Assembly (NCBI GenBank): GCA_049720475.1
Contig: JBNASH010000034.1
Span: forward strand, 1-52,001
Direction of reading: 5' to 3'
Source of the DNA: Minisyncoccia bacterium
Lineage (GTDB): Bacteria > Patescibacteriota > Minisyncoccia > UBA6257 > JAAZHW01
DNA: 52,001 bases
Shown here: piece after piece, positions 1 to 9,780 of the stretch
Position numbering within the stretch: position 1 is the first letter of the stretch
How the letters are laid out: every line of letters starts with the position of its first letter
Translations under genes and position numbers: made by a program
Notes under the pieces: generated by a model
The model's database searches: none
The model's input: the letters and a program-made list of their open reading frames with translations, nothing else
What the model was told of the DNA's origin: nothing

Positions 1-168
1 GAATAAATTCGGTGCGGGATAAACTCCGCGAGGGCGAGGCAATACCTTTTCAAACTCCCGAAATTGAAAAATGGCGGTGTCTTTTGTTCAAAATAGGTTC
101 GAATTTTGTCCAAAAGACACCGCTAGTCATGTGGCAAAGGAGAGATTAAATATTATTGAAATAATTTT

Positions 169-1402
169 ATGGGAATAGAAAAAATATTTTATAAAAGGTT
201 TTGTCCAGAGAAAAAAGAAGAAGAGAAAAATCCTTTGCTTAAAGAACCAGAAATAGCCTCGCCAGAAGACGAAAAAAAACAAGAGGGCAAAATGAGTTTT
301 TCTTTTTCTTCTGATACAAGACGGTATTTGCTCGGCCATAAAAATGGTAAGCCGTTTTTTGTGATCGAATATTTTGATTCTTTGCCAGATGAATTAAGTG
401 AAGAAGAAAAAGAAAGGTTTATAAAGGAAACAAGAAAGCAGGGTGAAGTTGAAAAAACAGTTTATGTTTTAAAATATGGTGATGTGCCAGAAACAAAAAA
501 AGAAATAGCGGAATCCGATCTAAATCAAAGTAAAAAATATGGCGTCGCTCAACCTAGGGATTTTGAAAGAGATATGATTGATAGATTTGTTGCTGATGAC
601 AATAATAAAAAGGTTATGAAAGAAATTTTAGCTGGACATTCTGATTTAAATGAAGAGGAAATTGGCCAAATAGTAAAACAATTTTTTAATAATCAGCAAC
701 AAGGAAATAAAAAGGTAATTCGTAATATTTATGATCGTTTTCCGAAAGAAGTTGTAGAAAAAATAAGGGATGAAATTAAAAAACAAATGCTGCCTAAACC
801 AGAAGAATTAGATATCAAGCAATTAGTGGAAACTTTGAAAGATAAAAAAGTTTTATTTTATACAGGGGCCGGCATTTCAATGGCCACTGGTGTGCATAGT
901 ATGGATCAATTGCATGAGGTATTGGGAATTGATATGTCTAAAAAATTGATAATTTTCTTCAGAAGGCAGCAAATAATCCTCAAGACGTAGTTAAATCATG
1001 GGAAGAATTTACAACAGCCGCTTTTGAGAATCCCGCCACACCCACTCATGAATCTCTTGGCAGGCTTGCGAAAAAATTAAAATCGCAAATCTTTACTGAA
1101 AACATTATCATTTACAAGAGAAAGCGGGCGTAAAAGCCATACATTTAACTGGTCCCTGGTTAAAAGAAAATGTTCGGCCAGAATGGTTAAAAGATATTGA
1201 TGTAGTGATTACAATTGGTTTAAGTTATGATGATAAAGGTTTTCTTAGATGGTATAAAGAAAACAATCCGAATGGGAAAATTATTGCGATTAATTTAAAT
1301 CAGCCTTCTTATCTTGGAAATGAAGATTTTATATTAAAGGGCGATTGCCAAAAAGTTGTTCCTGAAATAAAAAGAGAATTTGTAGAAAAGGAAACCATCT
1401 AG
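169..1402 (+). pseudogene. SIR2/sirtuin-family protein with an unknown N-terminal region of about 220 aa, interrupted by two 1-nt frameshifts
   Basis: ORF 169..990 ends in the sirtuin Rossmann motif (KKVLFYTGAGISMATG). Reading frame 3 from about 942 gives KIDNFLQKAAANNPQDVV...KSQIFTENI, with a stop at 1131. Reading frame 2 from about 1109 gives HLQEKAGVKAIHLTGPW...DVVITIGLSYDD, whose tail is ORF 1205..1402. The joined TENI(D)HLQEKAG matches the sirtuin TQNIDxL motif. The shifts lie in the A6 run at 940-945 and at 1107-1108, where 'at' stands in place of an expected 'gat'. Confidence 0.7.
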
Positions 1403-1595
1403 TATTTTTTACTAGGCTAACGCCTGTGAAAAACTTGAAATCATTCTTTTTGTTTTTATTTCGGAGAGAGATAGTGGGGGAGGAAATGCGAATAATTTCA
1501 GCCGATGTGGTCAGTTAATGAATAGGTTTGATTTTTCCAATACACATTGTAAAAATAATTAATTTTATATGTCGAATAAATAAATAATTAAAAAT

Positions 1596-1988
1596 ATGAA
1601 CAATACCTGGTATTCACAGCTTATAAAGCCTTCATGGGCGCCGCCAGCCTTTTTATTTGGGCCGGTATGGACATTTCTTTATGTTCTTATTGCTATTTCA
1701 TTTGGCACTGTTTTTTATAAGGTAATTTCTGGCAAATTACCGTGGATAGTGGCCGTACCTTTTATATTAAATCTTGTTTTTAATTTTGCTTTTACGCCAG
1801 TGCAATTTGGATTGAAAAATAATATTTTGGCAACGATAGATATTCTGCTTGTGCTTGCGACGCTTATTTGGGCAATGGTAGCGATCTACCCTCATACTCG
1901 ATGGGTTTTTTATCTTCAAATTCCATATTTAGTTTGGGTTTTGTTTGCAACCGTTTTGCAATCAACAATAACATACTTAAATCGCTAA
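1596..1988 (+). CDS. tspO: TspO/MBR tryptophan-rich sensory protein, short form
   Basis: The product starts WYSQLIKPSWAPPAFLFGPVWTFLYVLIAISF, the conserved TspO WY..L.KP.W.PP..F..VW..LY signature. The rest is multi-pass hydrophobic sequence. Confidence 0.8.
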   Translation: MNNTWYSQLIKPSWAPPAFLFGPVWTFLYVLIAISFGTVFYKVISGKLPWIVAVPFILNLVFNFAFTPVQFGLKNNILATIDILLVLATLIWAMVAIYPHTRWVFYLQIPYLVWVLFATVLQSTITYLNR

Positions 1989-1993
1989 AAAAT

Positions 1994-2338
1994 ATGCGCA
2001 TTTGGGATATTCATCCAAAGTATTTGTGCCGTAAACATTTACTGGCAGAACACCGCGAACTTCATGGTTTGTGGAATGTTTTAACCAAATATAAAGGAAA
2101 AGGCGGTTACTCAAAACATCCCGAGACTTTACGTTGGGTTGGTAAAACAAAAGCCCTTTATAAAAGACATGAGGATCTTGTTAAAGAATTTTTAAGACGC
2201 GGCTATCAACACAAGACACCACTTAATAAAAAATTAGCGAAAGGATCGGCCAAACAAAAAACATTTATTGATAAAATAGAAAAGCAAAAATTGATTTTAA
2301 AAAACAAGGGATGCGATTGTTTCAAAAATAAAAGATAA
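1994..2338 (+). CDS. pyrimidine-dimer DNA glycosylase (DenV / Pyr_excise family)
   Basis: MRIWDIHPKYLCRKHLLAEHRELHGLWNVL...GYSKHPETLRW is typical of the family. I chose the ATG at 1994 because the tracked ORF start at 1868 overlaps the end of tspO in another frame. Confidence 0.7.
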   Translation: MRIWDIHPKYLCRKHLLAEHRELHGLWNVLTKYKGKGGYSKHPETLRWVGKTKALYKRHEDLVKEFLRRGYQHKTPLNKKLAKGSAKQKTFIDKIEKQKLILKNKGCDCFKNKR

Positions 2339-2356
2339 ATTTAAGGCTGTGATTTT

Positions 2357-2632
2357 ATGTTTAAAGAAAAAGTTTTAAAAGTAGTTTCAAAAATCCCCAA
2401 AGGTCAAGTATTGTCTTATAAAGAAATAGCTAAAAAGGCGGGGAATGAAAGAGCGTGGCGGGCAGTCGGGAATATTTTGAATAAACATAAAATAAAAAAT
2501 TTACCCTGTCATCGGGTAATTTGTTCGAATGGTTTTGTTGGTGGTTATCGTTGGGGGATTGATAAAAAAATTAAAATTTTGAAAAAGGAAGGAATAAAAA
2601 TTTCAAAGAGTGGTAAAATCATTGATCAATAA
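2357..2632 (+). CDS. MGMT-family protein (methylated-DNA-protein-cysteine methyltransferase DNA-binding/active-site domain only)
   Basis: The 91-aa product carries the PCHRV active-site motif (NLPCHRVICSNG) and an HTH-like segment (LSYKEIAKKAGNERAWRAVGN). Confidence 0.75.
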   Translation: MFKEKVLKVVSKIPKGQVLSYKEIAKKAGNERAWRAVGNILNKHKIKNLPCHRVICSNGFVGGYRWGIDKKIKILKKEGIKISKSGKIIDQ

Positions 2633-3695
2633 TTACAAATTTATTATCAGGTAATGAAAGTTTAGAAACAATATTGGAAAAATTTTCCGGAAAACTTTTT
2701 GAATTAATAATTCTTGGCTGACTGTAATTTTCAATTAAAATTGGCCAAATCTGAATTGTTTTAATAGATGAAGGAGTAAAAATAATTCTTACAGCAATGG
2801 CTTCACGGGTTTGAGATGACCACATCTGATCAAAAACAAAATTGCCAAGGCTATAGAAAATATAGCTATTTTTATATTTTTCAATTGGTTGAATGATATG
2901 AGGGTGATGGCCGATAACTAAATCAGCGCCATTATCAATAGCGTAGTGAGCAGTGATAATTTGGGAATCGTTAGGTTTAAATTGATATTCATTGCCGGCA
3001 TGCAAAGAAACAATGACAAAATCAGCATTATTTCTGGCTTTTTGAATAGCAATCCTCATTTTTTCCAAATTAATCAGAGCGGTGCCGGCATGATTTTCGG
3101 TTGCGCCACTATTTAAAGGTGCGACATCCATGTCATTATAAGCCAAAAAAGCAAATTTAATTCCATTTCTCTCAATAATTTTAAAATCATATGCTTCATT
3201 TTCATTGCTTCCGGCTCCAACTGCCAAAATCTGCGCTTTATTGAGAAGGTTCATAGTAGTTAAAAGACCTTTTTCGCCAAAATTAAAAATGTGATTGTTG
3301 GCCAAGGAGAAGATAGAAAAATTTAATTCTTTTAAAATTGGTACCAATTTTTCATCGGCGCGAAAAACCATTTCACCACTTTTAATTTTACGACCATCAA
3401 TAATAGGGGATTCTAAATTAGCAAAAACAAAATCATTTTTTAAAAGTAATTCTTTAATATGATGAAAGGGGTAATACAAATCATTATTTTTTTCTATTTG
3501 GTAAGCCACACCTCTTGATAACATTAAATCGCCAACAAAAAGTCCGCTAACAAATTTGGGTGGTTCAATGGCAGAATAGAAGTTGTTATGAGAAAGAATT
3601 AATTTTAAAAAATCCGCTATTTCATTTTGAAAAAAAGAAAAAATAGCGGCAAAGACTATCAGAAGGAGAATAATAATGTTTTTAATTTTTGCCAT
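2619..3695 (-). CDS. CapA/PGA_cap-family metallophosphatase-like membrane-anchored protein
   Basis: N-terminal transmembrane helix, then GDLMLSRGV, ANLESPI, SLANNHIFNFG, VSLHAGNEY, GHHPHIIQPIE and SLGNFVFDQ, the CapA family motif series. Confidence 0.8.
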   Translation of the reverse strand: MAKIKNIIILLLIVFAAIFSFFQNEIADFLKLILSHNNFYSAIEPPKFVSGLFVGDLMLSRGVAYQIEKNNDLYYPFHHIKELLLKNDFVFANLESPIIDGRKIKSGEMVFRADEKLVPILKELNFSIFSLANNHIFNFGEKGLLTTMNLLNKAQILAVGAGSNENEAYDFKIIERNGIKFAFLAYNDMDVAPLNSGATENHAGTALINLEKMRIAIQKARNNADFVIVSLHAGNEYQFKPNDSQIITAHYAIDNGADLVIGHHPHIIQPIEKYKNSYIFYSLGNFVFDQMWSSQTREAIAVRIIFTPSSIKTIQIWPILIENYSQPRIINSKSFPENFSNIVSKLSLPDNKFVIIDQ

Positions 3696-3711
3696 AAAAA
3701 ATAATTTCCAG

Positions 3712-3783
<72 letters not shown>

Positions 3784-3787
3784 AATT

Positions 3788-3862
3788 TGGTGCCTCGGGA
3801 GGGAATCGAACCCCCGACGCAATGCTCTTCAGGCATTCGCTCTACCACTGAGCTACCGAGGC
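3788..3862 (-). tRNA. tRNA-Phe (GAA), CCA encoded
   Basis: The reverse complement gcctcgg ta gctc agtggta gagc g aatgc ctgaaga gcatt gcgtc ggggg ttcgatt ccctc ccgaggc a cca folds as a cloverleaf. Confidence 0.9.
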
Positions 3863-3910
3863 AACAAAATATATTTTAATGATTTTAGAAAATTTTTCAA
3901 TGAGCTTGGG

Positions 3911-3982
3911 TGCGCGCTGAGGGGATCGAACCCCCGACCTTCTCTGTGTAAGAGAGACGCTCTACCACTGAGCTAAGCGCGC
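3911..3982 (-). tRNA. tRNA-Val (TAC)
   Basis: The reverse complement gcgcgct ta gctc agtggta gagc g tctct cttacac agaga aggtc ggggg ttcgatc ccctc agcgcgc a folds as a cloverleaf. Its 5' end directly abuts the pheT stop codon at 3983-3985. Confidence 0.9.
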
Positions 3983-6016
3983 TTATCTAATTTCAGCACC
4001 TAATTTATTTTTAAGATTAGACACAATTTTTTCAAGAGCTTTTCCAACTTCTTCGCTGGTTAGAGTATGATCATTTGCTTGAAAAATTAAATGAAAACTC
4101 AAGCTTTTTTTATTTTCGGCAAGATTCTCTCCCTCGTAAATATCAAACAAATCAACATCGAAAAGAATTTTAGATTCGCTTTCATAAATAACATTTAAAA
4201 TTTCAGAAAGGCGAATGTCAAGATCAACAAGAATTGAGATATCTCGAATAACGGCGGGATATTTTGGTAGGGGAGTAAATTCATATTCTTCTTGGGAGAG
4301 TTTGAGCAATTTATTAATATCTAATTCACAAAGAATAATATTATAACCATCAATATATTTATGACTTAAAACAGGGGTAATTTGCCCGATATAACCCAAA
4401 TCCAAATCATCGCTTTTGATAATTGCAGAGCGATTTTTAATGAACCAATCCATATTTGCATTATCAAAACTAATTTGATGGCAATTTAAAGCATCGGTTA
4501 AACTTTCAATAATTCCTTTAAGCTCAAAGAAAAGAGTATCATCTTTTTTGTTTTTCGTGGCAATAGCCATTGCCAGCCGCCATTCTTCATAAGGTTTGAT
4601 TGGAGCTTTTTGGAAAGTCTTACCAATAATGAAAATTTTTATTAGGTCATAAAACTTTAGATTGGTATTAGCTATTTTTAAAAGATTAATAATTAATGTT
4701 GGTTGCAAATATGCATATTCGCTACTAATCGGGTTTTCTAAAGCGATTAAATTTTTTTCATTTAAATTGAAATTTTGAATGTCGTTTGTTGAAATAAAAG
4801 AATAAGAGTAAACTTCATCTAATCCATAACTGATCAAAACATCTTTGATTTTATTACGGAAAATAATCTCCTCACTTAAATTTATAGGTTTGACAGAAAT
4901 TAAAGGCGCAAGGGCTGGTGTTTTGTTGTAATCATACAATCTTAAAATTTCCTCAGCCAAATCTTCAAATCTTTCAATGTCGGTGCGATAGGGCGGAATT
5001 TCAACAAATAAATCGGTAGAGGATTTTTTAATAATTTTAAAACCCAGACTTTGAAATTTTTTCTCAATAAACTTTTTATCAATACTAAATCCGATAAATT
5101 GATAGAACTTTTCAAAATTGAAACCTAGTACCTTCTTGCCAATTTTTTGTGGGAAAATATCTATTATTCCTTTGAGTATTTTACCGCCAGCCAATTTTTG
5201 AATAAGATAAGCCACAATATTTAATGCTTCAGTTGTCAGAAGGGGAGAGATAAATCTTTCAAAGCGCAAAGAGGCGTCAGTGGAAATGCCTATTTTTTTT
5301 GAAGCTTGGCGAATAAGAGCGGGATTAAAATTAGCACTTTCCAAAACAATGCGTTTGGTTTGCGAATCAATCTCAGCTACTTTGCCTCCTTTAATACCAG
5401 CAATAGCCAAAGGATTTTTCAAATCAGCGATGAGTAAAATATCTTTATCCAAAGAAACTTTCTTATCATCTAGAGTTGTAATAGTTTCATTATTCTTTGC
5501 CCGACGAACAATAAGAGTTTTAATGTTTTTGCCACTTAATTTGTCATAATCAAAAGCATGCAATGGTTGACCAGTCAAAAGCATTACATAATTAGTTGCA
5601 TCAACGACATTGTTGATAGACTGCAAACCACAACTTTCCAATCTTTTTTTGAGCCATTGAGGTGATTCTTTTACTTCAACATCAAAAATAACCCGACTGC
5701 TATATCGATAGCAATCATTTTTATCAAAAATTTTAACATTTAAAAATTTTTCAGCTTTTTCTTCAGCTTCTTTAAAATGAAAATCCGGTGTTTTAAGTGG
5801 AATATCCAAAATAGCAGAGATTTCCTTAGCCAATCCCAAATGTCCACTCGCATCAGAAAAACGATTTGGCGGTAAATTAATTTCTAAAACAAAATCATTT
5901 CCCTTTCTTTCTACTTTTTCTACCTCAAAACTTTTGATGCTTAATTGATTTGCTAGTTTTTGAACAGGAGGTAGATTGGGCAAATATTCTTTTAACCAGT
6001 TATAAGAGAATTTCAT
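3983..6016 (-). CDS. pheT: phenylalanine--tRNA ligase beta subunit (lacks the OB-fold tRNA-binding B2 domain)
   Basis: The product starts MKFSYNWLKEYL and has the B3/4 region (NVVDATNYVMLLTGQPLHAFD), a B5 region and a C-terminal ferredoxin-fold anticodon-binding region. It sits directly downstream of pheS. Confidence 0.95.
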   Translation of the reverse strand: MKFSYNWLKEYLPNLPPVQKLANQLSIKSFEVEKVERKGNDFVLEINLPPNRFSDASGHLGLAKEISAILDIPLKTPDFHFKEAEEKAEKFLNVKIFDKNDCYRYSSRVIFDVEVKESPQWLKKRLESCGLQSINNVVDATNYVMLLTGQPLHAFDYDKLSGKNIKTLIVRRAKNNETITTLDDKKVSLDKDILLIADLKNPLAIAGIKGGKVAEIDSQTKRIVLESANFNPALIRQASKKIGISTDASLRFERFISPLLTTEALNIVAYLIQKLAGGKILKGIIDIFPQKIGKKVLGFNFEKFYQFIGFSIDKKFIEKKFQSLGFKIIKKSSTDLFVEIPPYRTDIERFEDLAEEILRLYDYNKTPALAPLISVKPINLSEEIIFRNKIKDVLISYGLDEVYSYSFISTNDIQNFNLNEKNLIALENPISSEYAYLQPTLIINLLKIANTNLKFYDLIKIFIIGKTFQKAPIKPYEEWRLAMAIATKNKKDDTLFFELKGIIESLTDALNCHQISFDNANMDWFIKNRSAIIKSDDLDLGYIGQITPVLSHKYIDGYNIILCELDINKLLKLSQEEYEFTPLPKYPAVIRDISILVDLDIRLSEILNVIYESESKILFDVDLFDIYEGENLAENKKSLSFHLIFQANDHTLTSEEVGKALEKIVSNLKNKLGAEIR

Positions 6017-6017
6017 A

Positions 6018-7052
6018 TTAGGGTTTAAATTGTCGAATAAATCTTAAATCGCCCGAGTTAAAGAGACGAATATCAGGAATATTATATTTTATTATAGCAA
6101 TGCGTTCCAATCCCATTCCAAAGGCAAATCCCTGCCATTCTTTTGGATTATAACCGACATATTCAAAAACTTTCGGATGGACCATTCCGGCACCGGCAAT
6201 TTCAATCCAGCCGGTATTTTTGCACAATGAACAACCTTTTTGATTGCAGCGAGGACAAGAAATATTAATTTGAACCCCTGGTTCGACAAATGGGAAATAA
6301 GAAGGTGTAAATTGGACATTGATTTTTTTTGAAAAAAGTTTTTGGAAGAAGGCAAGGATAATAAATTTAAAATTAGCAAAGCTTATATTTTTATCAACTA
6401 CTAAACATTCTAATTGATGAAATTGAATATCATGTGAGGCGTCAATAGCTTCATAGCGGTAAACAGTACCAGGGGAGACAATGCGAAAAGGAGGTTCGTG
6501 ATTTTCCATGTAGTGAATTTGAACAGGGGAAGTGTGGGTTCGTAAAAGATATTTTTGTTTTTTTAGGTTTTTAAGAGAAGAGCCATCTTTAAGCCAAAAA
6601 GTATCCCACATATCTCTTGCTGGATGATTGGCAGGAATATTTAAGGCATCAAAGTTGTAGTATTCAGTTTCGATTTCGTCGCTCTCGATAATCTCAAAGC
6701 CTAATTGGCCGAAAATTTCATAAATTTGTTTTTCTAAAATAGTTAAAGGATGCAAATGACCGCGTTGGATTTTTTTTCCCGGCAAAGTCAAATCTAGTGG
6801 TTTAAATTCGGCATTAATAATTAATGCTTCTTTTTTTTCTTTCAGGGCATTTTCAATTTGTTTTTTTAGTTCATTAGCAATAGGTCCGATTTTTTTTCTT
6901 TCTTCCAGAGGGAGATCTTTAAGCGATTTAAGAATATTGGTAAGATGACCTTTTCGTCCAAGGTATTTAATTCTTATTTCCTCAAGTGTTTTAATTTCTT
7001 TTGCTGAACCAATTTCTTCAAAAACTTGTTTTTTAATTTCCTCAATAGTCAT
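6018..7052 (-). CDS. pheS: phenylalanine--tRNA ligase alpha subunit
   Basis: The product has HPARDMWDTFW, LRTHTSPVQ and class II motifs (FRIVSPGTVYR, GAGMVHP, GFAFGMGLERI). I placed the start at ATG 7052 (MTIEEIKKQ) because the tracked extension to 7175 is a translation through tRNA-Asp. Confidence 0.95.
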   Translation of the reverse strand: MTIEEIKKQVFEEIGSAKEIKTLEEIRIKYLGRKGHLTNILKSLKDLPLEERKKIGPIANELKKQIENALKEKKEALIINAEFKPLDLTLPGKKIQRGHLHPLTILEKQIYEIFGQLGFEIIESDEIETEYYNFDALNIPANHPARDMWDTFWLKDGSSLKNLKKQKYLLRTHTSPVQIHYMENHEPPFRIVSPGTVYRYEAIDASHDIQFHQLECLVVDKNISFANFKFIILAFFQKLFSKKINVQFTPSYFPFVEPGVQINISCPRCNQKGCSLCKNTGWIEIAGAGMVHPKVFEYVGYNPKEWQGFAFGMGLERIAIIKYNIPDIRLFNSGDLRFIRQFKP

Positions 7053-7060
7053 ATTTTTAG

Positions 7061-7135
7061 CGGGCCGGACGGGACTTGAACCCGCGACCTTCTGCGTGAC
7101 AGGCAGACGCTCTATCCGGGCTGAGCTACCGGCCC
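7061..7135 (-). tRNA. tRNA-Asp (GTC)
   Basis: The reverse complement gggccgg ta gctc agcccggata gagc g tctgc ctgtcac gcaga aggtc gcggg ttcaagt cccgt ccggccc g folds as a cloverleaf. It ends 8 nt before the pheS ATG. Confidence 0.9.
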
Positions 7136-7218
7136 ATAATAAAAATATTCTAATTAATTTTATTAAAAAATGCAATATAATTTTTGTGAAAGATTTACAT
7201 TGATGTATAATTTATTAT

Positions 7219-7638
7219 ATGGCTAAAACTTTAAACACTTCTGCTTTTTGGCGATATTTAGTCTATTTTTGGAACGTTTTGGTTTTTTTTATTATTATTT
7301 TAGATTTCTTTTCGGCTAATGCTTATTCTAAATTACTCGAGATAAGCTGCGTGATTTATATCGGCACTCTTTCCATTTATGCCGGAACCAAAGAATTTGA
7401 ACGATGGTTTAATAAAATTCATTACAAAGGACATCATCCAGGAGAAGTATTTGTCATTAGTTGGACAATTATTTTAATTTTTCTAATTGTCACATCTGCT
7501 TTTCTTACTAGATTAAACTATCGCTTACCAGATATTATCATTTACTCTTATATTAGCGTTCTAACAATTTTTGCTTTAACTCGTCGTTCGCGAGCTTTGC
7601 ATAGAGAGAGTCAAGAAAATAAAACAATTGTGGATTAA
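7219..7638 (+). CDS. hypothetical membrane protein (about 4 transmembrane helices)
   Basis: 139-aa ORF with four hydrophobic stretches and no motif I recognise. Confidence 0.55.
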   Translation: MAKTLNTSAFWRYLVYFWNVLVFFIIILDFFSANAYSKLLEISCVIYIGTLSIYAGTKEFERWFNKIHYKGHHPGEVFVISWTIILIFLIVTSAFLTRLNYRLPDIIIYSYISVLTIFALTRRSRALHRESQENKTIVD

Positions 7639-7770
7639 ATTATTGACTCTGTTTTTTATATTTCTAAAATAATTCTTAATTTACCTGATTTACTCGGGAT
7701 CAATCTACCCGAGAATGGTAAATTAAATTATAGGTCCAATTAATTTTTTTATTTTTAAATTTTTAAAACT

Positions 7771-9735
7771 ATGACAAATATAGTTGTTTTATTTTTAGCT
7801 CCGATTGCGGGCTTAATCACAACAATTTTTCTTTACCAATTTATTAAAAAACAACCAGACGGTGATGAAAAAATGAAAGAAATTGCAAAGGCTATTCAAG
7901 ATGGTGCGAAATCTTTTCTAAATCAAGTTTATAAAATTTTATTTATTTTTATTCTTCTTCTTTTTGTCATTTTATCATTATTTTTAAACATTAAAATTGC
8001 TATCGCTTTTGTTTTGGGAGCTCTTTTTTCTGTTTTGGCGGGAAATTTAGGCATGAGAGCTTCTACATTAAGTAATGTACGAACAGCCGAGGGTTTAAAA
8101 AAAGATATATTTACAGGTTTAAAAATTGCTTTTGATGGCGGGGCAATTATGGGTTTTGCTGTAAGTTCTCTTGGTTTGTTAGGAATTTTGGTTTTGTATG
8201 TAATTTTAAAAGATTCGAATATTATTTATGGTTTTGGTTTTGGAGCTTCTGGGGTAGCTATATTTTTACGCGTTGGTGGGGGATTGTATACTAAAGCAGC
8301 TGATGTTGGTGCTGATTTGGTTGGTAAGGTTGAATTGAATATTCCCGAAGATGATCCGAGAAATCCGGCAGTAATTGCTGATAATGTGGGTGACAATGTT
8401 GGTGATGTTGCTGGTATGGGTTCAGATTTGTTTGAAAGTTATGTCGATGCAATTATTGCAACTATGGTTTTGGGTTCATCGGTGACGTATTTATTTGGTG
8501 CAAATGCTGTGCTCTTGCCAGTGATTATTGCGGTTATTGGTTTAATTTCTTCTTTGATTGGATTATTAGTTGTTCAATTTCTTAAAATTAAAAAACCAGA
8601 TAAATTATTAAATATCAGCACTTGGTTAGCAGGTGGTGTTTTTGCTATCTTATCTTATATTGTAATTACATTTTTAATTAATAAAGGAACTTCGTTATTT
8701 TTGGCAAATCTTGCTGGTTTAATTTCGGGTATTATTATTGGTTTTACTTCTGAATTTTACACTTCGAGCAGTTATAAACCAACAAAGAAAGTAGCCGAAT
8801 CAGCAACTAATGGCATTGCTACTAATATCATAATGGGTTTAAGTGTAGGTAAAAAGAGCACTGTTATTCCCGTTATTATTGTTTCTTTGGCAATGATTTT
8901 ATCTTATAAAGTTGCTGGATTGTATGGCGTAGCGTTGGCAGCTGTTGGTATGCTTTCAACTTTGGCTATCACTTTAACTACTGATTGTTATGGGCCTATT
9001 TCTGATAATGCCGCGGGTATTGCGGAAATGGCTAATTTACCCAAAGAAATTCGAGAAAAAGCTGAATCGCTAGATGCTGTTGGAAATACTACAGCTGCTG
9101 TTGGAAAAGGTTTTGCTATTGGTTCAGCTGCTCTAACAGCTTTAGCATTGATTGTTGGTTATCTTAAAACCGCCAATTTAGATATTTTGAATTTATCCGA
9201 CGTTCGAGTTTTGGCTGGTGTTTTTATTGGTGCTTTATTACCATTTTTCGTTTCAGCTTTGATTATGGAAGGTGTTGGTAAAAGCGCTTCTAAAGTTGTT
9301 GAAGAAGTAAGAAGACAATTTAAAGAGATAGGAGGTTTGCTTGAAGGAAGCGCAAAACCCGATTATAAACGTTGTGTAGCTGTTGTTACGAGGGATGCAT
9401 TAAAACAAATGATTTTGCCAGGCGCTATCACTATTATTTTTCCTATTGTTGTTGGATTTATTTTAGGTAAAGAAAGTCTAGGAGGGTTGTTGGTTGGTGC
9501 TTTAGTTTCAGGATTTCTTTTAGCTATTATGATGGCTAATAGTGGTGCAACTTGGGATAATGCTAAAAAATACATTGAGGCTGGAAATTTGGGTGGTAAG
9601 CATTCCGATGCTCATAAGGCAGCGGTAGTGGGTGATACAGTTGGTGATCCATTTAAAGATACGGCTGGGCCATCATTGAATATACTTATTAAATTAGTTT
9701 CTATTATTGCAATTTTAATCGCGCCGCTTTTATAA
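7771..9735 (+). CDS. hppA: membrane-bound proton/sodium-translocating pyrophosphatase
   Basis: The product has [57 protein letters not shown] and [20 protein letters not shown]. The Ala in GNTTAA (rather than Lys) is the state described for K+-dependent enzymes. Confidence 0.95.
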   Translation: MTNIVVLFLAPIAGLITTIFLYQFIKKQPDGDEKMKEIAKAIQDGAKSFLNQVYKILFIFILLLFVILSLFLNIKIAIAFVLGALFSVLAGNLGMRASTLSNVRTAEGLKKDIFTGLKIAFDGGAIMGFAVSSLGLLGILVLYVILKDSNIIYGFGFGASGVAIFLRVGGGLYTKAADVGADLVGKVELNIPEDDPRNPAVIADNVGDNVGDVAGMGSDLFESYVDAIIATMVLGSSVTYLFGANAVLLPVIIAVIGLISSLIGLLVVQFLKIKKPDKLLNISTWLAGGVFAILSYIVITFLINKGTSLFLANLAGLISGIIIGFTSEFYTSSSYKPTKKVAESATNGIATNIIMGLSVGKKSTVIPVIIVSLAMILSYKVAGLYGVALAAVGMLSTLAITLTTDCYGPISDNAAGIAEMANLPKEIREKAESLDAVGNTTAAVGKGFAIGSAALTALALIVGYLKTANLDILNLSDVRVLAGVFIGALLPFFVSALIMEGVGKSASKVVEEVRRQFKEIGGLLEGSAKPDYKRCVAVVTRDALKQMILPGAITIIFPIVVGFILGKESLGGLLVGALVSGFLLAIMMANSGATWDNAKKYIEAGNLGGKHSDAHKAAVVGDTVGDPFKDTAGPSLNILIKLVSIIAILIAPLL

Positions 9736-9780
9736 AAATTTAGACTTGAAAAAAATTGAAGAAAAATTATAATAAAAAAC

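Noticed and set aside
127-339. 70-aa minus-strand ORF (F/K-rich)
   Set aside because: It is antisense to the A-rich start of the SIR2 gene. Its phenylalanine runs are a poly-A/T artefact.
1868-1993. N-terminal 42 codons of tracked ORF 1868..2338
   Set aside because: They overlap the tspO 3' end in another frame. The family-typical N-terminus MRIWDIHPKYL starts at 1994.
2619-2632. 14-nt convergent overlap of the MGMT-family and CapA-family gene ends
   Set aside because: Small convergent overlaps are common in compact genomes. Nothing suggests regulation.
7053-7175. 41-codon N-terminal extension of pheS in the ORF track
   Set aside because: The extension is a translation of tRNA-Asp (…ARIERLPVTQKVAGSSPVRPA). 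The ATG at 7052 gives a normal PheS N-terminus.
7679-7723. Possible riboswitch or leader hairpin upstream of hppA (ttacc...ctcggg-atcaatcta-cccgag...ggtaa)
   Set aside because: There is only a 6-bp core plus a 5-bp outer stem with a large asymmetric bulge, and it resembles no riboswitch class I know. It is most simply a weak terminator for the upstream membrane gene.
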